A DNA stretch of 64,000 nt from Acidobacteriota bacterium (GTDB lineage: Bacteria; Acidobacteriota; UBA6911; RPQK01; JADFOI01): contig OY760074.1 in assembly GCA_963663035.1 (NCBI GenBank), forward strand, positions 160,001 to 224,000, written 5' to 3'. The notes beneath the pieces are model-generated. The model saw only the letters and a program-made list of their open reading frames with translations, ran no database searches and was not told the origin of the DNA. Made by a program: the position numbers and the translations under genes. Positions 57,340-64,000 of this stretch are shown one piece after another. Within the stretch, counting starts at the first letter, position 1; every line of letters begins with the position of its first letter.

Positions 57340-59027
57340 GTGTTCAGGCCTGGACCTTTGTGATGGTGGGACTGTCGTTCGCACTCTATATCTGCGTAGC
57401 GTTCCTGTCCAAGGCCACCTCCACCAAGGAGTTCTATATCGCCGGTGGTCGTGTCTCACCCGTTGTCAATGGGATGGCCACTGCGGCCGACTGGATGTCG
57501 GCAGCGTCCTTCATCTCGATGGCTGGGCTCATCTCCTTCATGGGCCGCGACGGATCCGTCTACCTGCTGGGCTGGACAGGCGGATACGTCTTGCTGGCTC
57601 TGCTGTTGGCCCCTTACCTGAGGAAATTCGGTAAGTATACGGTGCCGGATTTCGTAGGAGATCGTTATTACTCCCAGCTGGCTCGGGTGGTGGCCGTGGT
57701 CTGTGCCATCTTCGTGTCCTTCACCTACGTCTCCGGTCAAATGCGCGGCGTGGGCATCGTCTTTTCACGCTTTCTGGACGTGGGAATCAATACCGGAGTG
57801 CTCATCGGCATGGGGATTGTCCTCTTCTACGCCGTGATGGGGGGGATGCGGGGGATCACCTATACCCAGGTGGCGCAGTACTGTGTCCTGATTTTCGCCT
57901 ATCTGGTACCCGCCATCTTCATTTCGCTGCTGATGACGGATCACCTGATACCCCAGATCGGTTTCGGCGCCGCTGTGAACGATGGATCGGGCCAGTATCT
58001 GCTGGAGAAGCTCAACAGCCTGAGTCAAGAACTGGGGTTCGCCGTCTACACTTCGGGTCAGAAGGGCACGCTGGACGTCCTGTTCATTACAGCAGCCTTG
58101 ATGGTCGGAACCGCTGGCCTCCCCCATGTGATCGTGCGGTTCTTTACCGTGCCCAGAGTGTCGGCAGCCCGCAGCTCGGCTGGCTGGGCGCTGGTCTTCA
58201 TCGCGCTGCTCTACACCGCTGCACCGGCGGTGGCCGTGTTCGCCCGAACCAACCTGCTCAGCACCATCTCCAACGCTGAATACGCGGATGCCCCGTCCTG
58301 GTTCACCAATTGGGAGGCTACGGGTCTGATCACCTTCGAGGACAAGAACCAGGATGGAATCATTCAGTATGTGGGATCCAACAGCGCGGTTGAGAACGAG
58401 CTGACCATTGATCGGGACATCATGGTGTTGGCCAATCCGGAGATCGCCGAGCTTCCCAACTGGGTGACCGGGCTGGTTGCAGCTGGAGGGCTTGCAGCGG
58501 CGCTATCGACGGCAGCTGGCCTTCTGTTGGTTATTTCCAGTGCGATTGCACACGACCTCTTGAAGAAGGGTCTCCGGCCCGGCATCACCGAGAAGGGCGA
58601 ACTCATCGCGGCTCGCATCTCGGCTGGACTGGCTGTCTGCATCGCAGGCTATTTCGGCGTCAACCCTCCTGGCTTCGTGGCCGAGGTGGTCGCCTTCGCC
58701 TTCGGTCTGGCTGCCTCCTCCTTCTTCCCAGTGATCATACTCGGTATTTTCTCCAAACGGATGAACAAGTACGGAGCGATAGCCGGCATGATCGTCGGTA
58801 TCACCTTCACTGCGGGATACATCGTCTACTTCAAGTTTCTCCATCCAGAACTCAACTCGGTGGACCACTGGTGGTGGGGCGTTTCCCCGGAAGGGATTGG
58901 CACACTCGGCATGCTCTTGAACTTTGCTGTTTCCACTGCCGTCTCGCAGATGACGCCGCCGCCCCCCCTAGAGGTTCAGCAATTGGTCGAGTCCATCCGG
59001 ATCCCCCGAGGGGCCGTCAGTTCGTAA
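57336..59027 (+). CDS. Sodium:solute symporter, ActP-like
   Basis: Motifs NGMATAADWMSAASFIS, GTAGLPHV..RFFTV and AAALSTA.GLLL. Confidence 0.92.
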   Translation: MSVQAWTFVMVGLSFALYICVAFLSKATSTKEFYIAGGRVSPVVNGMATAADWMSAASFISMAGLISFMGRDGSVYLLGWTGGYVLLALLLAPYLRKFGKYTVPDFVGDRYYSQLARVVAVVCAIFVSFTYVSGQMRGVGIVFSRFLDVGINTGVLIGMGIVLFYAVMGGMRGITYTQVAQYCVLIFAYLVPAIFISLLMTDHLIPQIGFGAAVNDGSGQYLLEKLNSLSQELGFAVYTSGQKGTLDVLFITAALMVGTAGLPHVIVRFFTVPRVSAARSSAGWALVFIALLYTAAPAVAVFARTNLLSTISNAEYADAPSWFTNWEATGLITFEDKNQDGIIQYVGSNSAVENELTIDRDIMVLANPEIAELPNWVTGLVAAGGLAAALSTAAGLLLVISSAIAHDLLKKGLRPGITEKGELIAARISAGLAVCIAGYFGVNPPGFVAEVVAFAFGLAASSFFPVIILGIFSKRMNKYGAIAGMIVGITFTAGYIVYFKFLHPELNSVDHWWWGVSPEGIGTLGMLLNFAVSTAVSQMTPPPPLEVQQLVESIRIPRGAVSS

Positions 59028-59048
59028 ACAAGTCAATAAATCGAGCCC

Positions 59049-59263
59049 TAGCGCCCGCATTATGCTAAAATTTCTGCTACAGTGTCGCAATCATCCGCGC
59101 TGACGGCGTTGTGCGACCCGCAAAGCGGGTACCCCTTGCGCTCCTCGACGTACTGCAAGAGTACGTCTGCGGGGCGCGACCCGCGAGCGGGTACCCCTCA
59201 CACGCCTTGTCATCGCGGCGCTTGCGCCACTTCGCTACGAAAACCTATGCATAATGCGGGCTA
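59049..59263. mobile_element. MITE-like element, type A, full length variant
   Basis: Ends GCCCGCATTATGC / GCATAATGCGGGC. Compensatory stem changes relative to the 1317 copy. Confidence 0.85.
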
Positions 59264-59270
59264 GAGCATA

Positions 59271-59594
59271 GTGATGTTCAAGTTGTTATCGACCTGGCAG
59301 AGGACCTTTCTGCTTGCTGTGCTCTGCTGCCTTGTGAGCTTGGCGGTTGTCGTCATCGCTCTGAACCTGGCTGTCTGGGGAGCGCCCTTACCCATCTTCC
59401 TTTTCTTACTTGGGTGGTTGCTGACTGTGGGGCTACCGACCAGTCTTTCAGTTGTTCTGGTGATGAGCTTCTGGCGGGGGGGTTCCGTGGAGATGTTCGC
59501 GCTTGTTGTGGTGAGCCTGGCGCTGGCTCTCACTCTCGTTTGTCTGGTGCTCCTGAGACAGATCATCATGCCTGGGTGGAGAACAAAGCCGTGA
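59271..59594 (+). CDS. Small hydrophobic membrane protein
   Basis: Three TM segments. GTGA-coupled to the next gene. Confidence 0.55.
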   Translation: MMFKLLSTWQRTFLLAVLCCLVSLAVVVIALNLAVWGAPLPIFLFLLGWLLTVGLPTSLSVVLVMSFWRGGSVEMFALVVVSLALALTLVCLVLLRQIIMPGWRTKP

Positions 59595-60652
59595 AGTTGA
59601 ACCGGAGGAGTTTCCTGGCCTCACTGCTTTGTGCTTCCTCCTGTGCCAATTCTGGCGGGCTCCATGAAGACCAACCCAGCGAGCCTGTCTTGGACTTCCA
59701 TGTCCATCTCCTGGGCGTTGGTGACGAAGGGAGTGGATGTTTTTTATCGGAAAGACAACGGACTCACTCCTTGAGCAGTGTTACGCCCACCAACTATTCC
59801 CTTCTTCTCGGTCTCCTGGGGTTGGAGCAAAACGGGCACATGGACCGCGACTATGTAGCGGTACTGGTGGACCAGCTGCAAAGGTCCTCGCTGGAGAAGG
59901 CGCTGCTGGTGGGGCAAGACGGCCGTTATGACCAGGATGGGATGTTTGATCGAGCCGCCACCAATTTCTACGTGCCCAACGAGTATCTCCTCAGAGTTGC
60001 CAGGGAGCACCCGGATCTGTTCGTTCCCTGTGTTTCGATCAATCCCAAACGACGTGATGCCTTGGAGGAGCTGGAACGTTGTGCCGAGGGGGGAGCTCGA
60101 GTTCTGAAGATCCATCCACCAACCCAGGATGTGGATCCCGGCCAGGACCGGTTTCGACCCTTTTACCGGCGCTTGGCGGAGTTGGACATCCTGCTCATGG
60201 TGCACACCGGGGCCGAACACGGTTCTCCCATAGTGGGGGATGACTACAGTGATCCGCAGCGGCTGGTGCCGGCACTGCAGGAGGGCTGTACGGTGATTGC
60301 CGCTCATGCGGGGATGGGTACTTTTCTGGACTCGGTCGATTTCTTTCCTGCTCTTGTTGAGCTGATCCAGGACTATCCGAGGCTTTATTGCGACTCGTCG
60401 GTGCTGGCAGCAACATCCTATTGGCGATCGCTTCCCCGCATCCTGGAGCAAGACCTGGTGATGGAGAGGCTCATCCATGGGAGTGATTTCCCTTTCCCTT
60501 CCAATGCCCTGGCCTTCTGGAATCGACTTCCTCCCATGGATCTGTTGAGGCTCAGCAGTGAACCCAACCTTTTAGAGCGAGACTTCCGCCTCAAGCTGGC
60601 TCTGGGATTACCGGCAGAGGTGTTCGAGCGCGGCGCACGTCTGCTGGGCTAG
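59591..60652 (+). CDS. Amidohydrolase_2 family protein with Tat-like signal
   Basis: GTG start gives MKLNRRSFL. Motifs DFHVH, KIHP, VHTG.E, AAH and HGSDFP. Confidence 0.88.
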   Translation: MKLNRRSFLASLLCASSCANSGGLHEDQPSEPVLDFHVHLLGVGDEGSGCFLSERQRTHSLSSVTPTNYSLLLGLLGLEQNGHMDRDYVAVLVDQLQRSSLEKALLVGQDGRYDQDGMFDRAATNFYVPNEYLLRVAREHPDLFVPCVSINPKRRDALEELERCAEGGARVLKIHPPTQDVDPGQDRFRPFYRRLAELDILLMVHTGAEHGSPIVGDDYSDPQRLVPALQEGCTVIAAHAGMGTFLDSVDFFPALVELIQDYPRLYCDSSVLAATSYWRSLPRILEQDLVMERLIHGSDFPFPSNALAFWNRLPPMDLLRLSSEPNLLERDFRLKLALGLPAEVFERGARLLG

Positions 60653-60801
60653 CCCGCATTATGCATAAATTTTCTGCTACAGTGTCGCAATCATCCGCGC
60701 TGACGGCGTTATGCGACCCGCAAGCGGGTACCCCTCACACGCCTTGTCATCGCGGCGCTTGCGCCACTTCGCTACGAAAACCTATGCATATTGCTGGGCT
60801 A
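60650..60801. mobile_element. MITE-like element, type A, single-module form, between convergent stop codons
   Basis: Ends CTAGCCCGCATTATGCATA / TATGCATATTGCTGGGCTAG. Both ends are the TAG stops of the flanking genes. Confidence 0.85.
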
Positions 60802-63756
60802 GGGTTGTAAGAAGGTGAAGCCGGATCGCTTCAGGGTTTCCACAAACTCGCTCTCTGAAGCGACGAAAGCACGGCCCGTGTCCGTGTCCAGGTCGAGAAA
60901 TTGAACCAAATCAAAAGGGGAGTTACCCGCTTCGAGCCCATCCGCATGAACCTGTACGAATGTGTTCACGGGCAAGGTCTGCCGGCCCATAATGGTGGTC
61001 AGCGGGAGCGTGAGCATGCCGTCATAGGCGCGGTAAACGAGTTCCGAGCAGACCAGGAGGTCGGTGGAAAAGAAGTCGAACTCGAAATCATAGGGTTTGC
61101 CATGATGGGAGAAGGCACGGGCAATGGCCTCGCGACGTTGAGCGTTGGTCAACCGCGGTCGGAGTACTGCCACCGCATCCGACTCGCCCACCGCGTGTTC
61201 CAGACTGGTGAAGATCACTCCCTCACTCATGGCCTCGATGACGGCATGGGAATGGCCGGCTGCATCCCGTCTGAGAAAGTCATCCCAATGGGGTGTTACC
61301 CGGAGATCATCGGCTACACCCATCTCCTCGAGGGTGTCCGCGTCACCCAAATAAAAGGCGGCGTGGGGCCAGAATCCCGGTAAGAAGGCGTTGGACAAAA
61401 ACCAGTTTCTCCGCGCTATGATGATGTCGCCCGGTTGAAGCAGCTGCCGCAGTTCCTCCACCTGCTCGGGACCAATCAGTCCCTGGTGGCGAGGGCGATC
61501 TCTGAGACGGAAGTCGCCGATCCACGTTGAAACCAGTGCCTGGGCCCGATAAAGCGGGTCCCTCACAGAAAGACGCACTTCCTGGAGGGCCAGCTCCAGC
61601 CTGCGGGCACCGATTTGATCGACAGCCTGCTCAATGGCGGGCCCTGCTCCAAGGGCTGCTTCTACGAGTTCGTCCCAGGGTGGACCGCTTCCGTAAGCAC
61701 CCGTCTTCTGCAGGCGGTCAAAAGTTTGGGCAGCCTCCTGAAGCTGAGAGACCAACTCCGCACTGGAGAGGCTGGCCAGCAGGCGGTCGTAGGTGCCTTC
61801 TTGAATCTCCCAGGCCGAGTCCCCCTCGTTGAGTTTGCGCTGGGTCTGTTCGTCGTCGCCGAAGGTATCGACGATGGCGGCTGCCTTTTCCAGAAGTGTG
61901 GCCGCACTTGCATAGGCAAGCAAAAAGGCACGCCCCTCCATCTGGCCTTCCATTGAATCATCGTGCGCTGCCCGGTAGGTCCAGACAGTCCGCAGGAGTG
62001 CCGTGCGCAGGTTGAGGTAAGTCAAGAGTAGCTGGTGGATGGCATCGTCATCCTCCTGGCTATAGAAGCTGCCTTCTCCCCTCGAGAACGATTCACGCAG
62101 ATTGTGCATGCCCTCTTCCAAGCGATCCAGTTCGGCGATGGCAGCGGCCGTACCGCGGCCATCGGATTCAAGCCTGGCAGTGACCAGGACAGGATCCTGA
62201 TTGCGCAGTTCGTACCAGAGCGAGGGAGCCTGGGAAAGATCCTCCACCCCACGATCGCGCAGCTGGGCCACAAAAAAACCGAGCAGAATCAGTAACACAG
62301 CCAGCAGTACAGCGAAGGCCGTGCGCAGGGGTAGAGGCCGACGAGGAGGAAGGCCCGACCATCCCAGCACTTCCACCCGGTATCGATCGCGCATATGGTC
62401 CATGCGCAGGAGAAGATCACTCTGGGCCTGAGCCACCCGGGTGACGGCACCGAGCTTCATCCAAGAACTCACACGTCCTTCCAGATGAGAGAATAGCTTC
62501 CAGACGCGGAGGATATAAAAGCGGGCAAAGAGTCCGGTGGGGATCAGTAAGAGGGTGAAGGCAATGGTTGCGGCAACAGAGGAGTAAAGAGACAGCAACC
62601 AAATCTCGAGCCCGTAAAACAGGGGGAATGCAATTATACCCACCAGGATATGGAAGAATGAAAGCGTCGGGGGGTGTTTCGTTTTGGACAGGATCTTATT
62701 GCTGACTCCCCTGGTCAGGTAGTAGGGAATGGCTCCGGTGAGAAAGCCGAACAGTGCTGGTATGGCGCCCAGGAGAACTTCGGCGGCCACCTGAAGCGGG
62801 GCCAACGGCCCGGGCAGCAGGCGGGCAGCTTCCTCCAGGAGCCGGCGGTCCACCCCGGCCTTCTCACGGAGTCTCTCGTAACGCTCCAGTTTGCGTTCAA
62901 TCTCTGTGACAGCATCCGGGTCTGCTTGGGCGTAATGGTTGAGGCAGTCTGCCGTCCTGTAAAGGAGCTCCCCCCGAAGGCCCTTTCGGTCCACCCCAGC
63001 CAGTCCAGTTTTTCGTACGCGCTGGAGATAGACATCTACCAGCCGCTCCACCAAGGGCAGGTTTTCTTGTGATTCCACTTGGAAGGCAAGCTTCTTGAGG
63101 GCAGAGTCGATCCCTCCGGTCAATTCCCGGATGGCCTGGCGCGGATTCTCGGCGTGGAGCGGGGCGAGATCCGCGATCTTGAGCGGTTCTCCAAAGCGGA
63201 CGAACGCATCGGCCCGGAATTTTCGGCGGGGCTCGAACTGAAGTCCGACCGGGACAATCCGAAGACCCAGGGTAAAGTCGGTAGCCGACTCCGCCTTCAG
63301 AGCGATGCGTGCCGCCCCCGTCTTGATGGGTACCACCTGGGGATCGTCCTGACTGATGCCCTCGGGAAAGATGGCGGTGGCAAGCTTCTGGTCAAGGAGT
63401 TCGGCGTAGCGGTCCAGGGCCTCCAGATTGCGTCTCCCACCCCGCGGATCGTCCTGGGCGCGCACCAGTGGAATGGCCCCGAAGGCCTCCAAAACGGTTC
63501 CCAGAGGACCGTAAAAGAGTGTGTGCTTTGCCCCAAAGTGCAGGGGCCGAGCAATCAGATGAACCAAAATGGCAGGGTCGAGCAGGGAGTTGGGGTGATT
63601 GGCCACCAGAAGGACTGCGCCTTTTCTGGGGATTAATTCCGCCCCCTGCACCTGGATGGAACGGTAGTACACCCGAAAGACGAGTCGGAGGAGTGCCTTA
63701 ATGAGGAAACGGACCCACTGCTGGAAGGAGGTCATGATGAACCCAATGTGTACCAA
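60799..63756 (-). CDS. Fusion of a PlsC-type acyltransferase, TM segments and a YiiX/YebB-like permuted NlpC/P60 domain
   Basis: N-terminal NHPNSLLD and FPEG.S...KTG.AR. C-terminal PGDII...PGFWPHAA and GKPYDF.F....LVCSELV. Start at 63756 or 63735. Confidence 0.85.
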   Translation of the reverse strand: MVHIGFIMTSFQQWVRFLIKALLRLVFRVYYRSIQVQGAELIPRKGAVLLVANHPNSLLDPAILVHLIARPLHFGAKHTLFYGPLGTVLEAFGAIPLVRAQDDPRGGRRNLEALDRYAELLDQKLATAIFPEGISQDDPQVVPIKTGAARIALKAESATDFTLGLRIVPVGLQFEPRRKFRADAFVRFGEPLKIADLAPLHAENPRQAIRELTGGIDSALKKLAFQVESQENLPLVERLVDVYLQRVRKTGLAGVDRKGLRGELLYRTADCLNHYAQADPDAVTEIERKLERYERLREKAGVDRRLLEEAARLLPGPLAPLQVAAEVLLGAIPALFGFLTGAIPYYLTRGVSNKILSKTKHPPTLSFFHILVGIIAFPLFYGLEIWLLSLYSSVAATIAFTLLLIPTGLFARFYILRVWKLFSHLEGRVSSWMKLGAVTRVAQAQSDLLLRMDHMRDRYRVEVLGWSGLPPRRPLPLRTAFAVLLAVLLILLGFFVAQLRDRGVEDLSQAPSLWYELRNQDPVLVTARLESDGRGTAAAIAELDRLEEGMHNLRESFSRGEGSFYSQEDDDAIHQLLLTYLNLRTALLRTVWTYRAAHDDSMEGQMEGRAFLLAYASAATLLEKAAAIVDTFGDDEQTQRKLNEGDSAWEIQEGTYDRLLASLSSAELVSQLQEAAQTFDRLQKTGAYGSGPPWDELVEAALGAGPAIEQAVDQIGARRLELALQEVRLSVRDPLYRAQALVSTWIGDFRLRDRPRHQGLIGPEQVEELRQLLQPGDIIIARRNWFLSNAFLPGFWPHAAFYLGDADTLEEMGVADDLRVTPHWDDFLRRDAAGHSHAVIEAMSEGVIFTSLEHAVGESDAVAVLRPRLTNAQRREAIARAFSHHGKPYDFEFDFFSTDLLVCSELVYRAYDGMLTLPLTTIMGRQTLPVNTFVQVHADGLEAGNSPFDLVQFLDLDTDTGRAFVASESEFVETLKRSGFTFLQP

Positions 63757-63822
63757 GGAGTATAGACGAGTGGGGAAGAAGAAGAAAGAGGGGACAGTTG
63801 ACTCTCTTCCCTCGTTTGCGTG

Positions 63823-64000
63823 TTAACCAGCGATGATTTCGTTTAGACCTTCGACCAGTTGATCCAACTCCTCGGGTGGCAGGCGTCCGAGCCTTTTTCC
63901 CAGGCGCTTAACCGAAAGCGTACGAACCTGGCTGATCTTGACCCAGGAGGGCGTCTTCAGGCCACTGAGTCTCACCTGTAATGTGAGCGGAAAACCGGCT
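63823..64000 (-). CDS. PemK/MazF family toxin, C-terminal part (truncated by the window edge)
   Basis: Manual translation: AGFPLTLQV...SWVKISQVRTLSVKRLGKRLGRL..EELDQLVEGLNEIIAG*. Confidence 0.85.
   Translation of the reverse strand, partial: AGFPLTLQVRLSGLKTPSWVKISQVRTLSVKRLGKRLGRLPPEELDQLVEGLNEIIAG

Noticed and set aside
59414-59590. N-terminal extension of the amidohydrolase_2 ORF
   Set aside because: It overlaps 59271..59594. The GTG at 59591 yields a Tat-like N-terminus.

Overview
A gene-dense bacterial chromosome segment of about 60 CDS. It is moderately GC-rich, and the DUF5916, DUF4159, DUF2911 and carboxypeptidase-regulatory-domain genes suggest an Acidobacteriota-like diderm (inference). 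No rRNA, tRNA, CRISPR array, integrase or transposase was seen. Content is mostly accessory metabolism and cell-envelope genes, including three tandem exported YtcJ-like amidohydrolases, two tandem CBM9/DUF5916 proteins, a NitT/TauT ABC transporter, arsM, an ECF sigma/anti-sigma operon, ilvC-ilvD, an ActP-like symporter pair and a partial MazF toxin. Main items for follow-up: (1) a modular, TA-flanked hairpin element family (9 copies with both ends plus 1 remnant) whose ends co-vary within each copy, often supply gene stop codons and sometimes carry nested REP doublets; (2) a hidden exported rhodanese with UGA at the catalytic Cys and a SECIS-like hairpin, i.e. a probable selenoprotein; (3) a PlsC acyltransferase fused to a permuted NlpC/P60 domain; (4) amidohydrolase paralogs that differ at the catalytic Asp; (5) a probable AUU start codon in tag; (6) a complete sigma54 promoter layout. 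All calls come from reading motifs by eye; no database searches were run.
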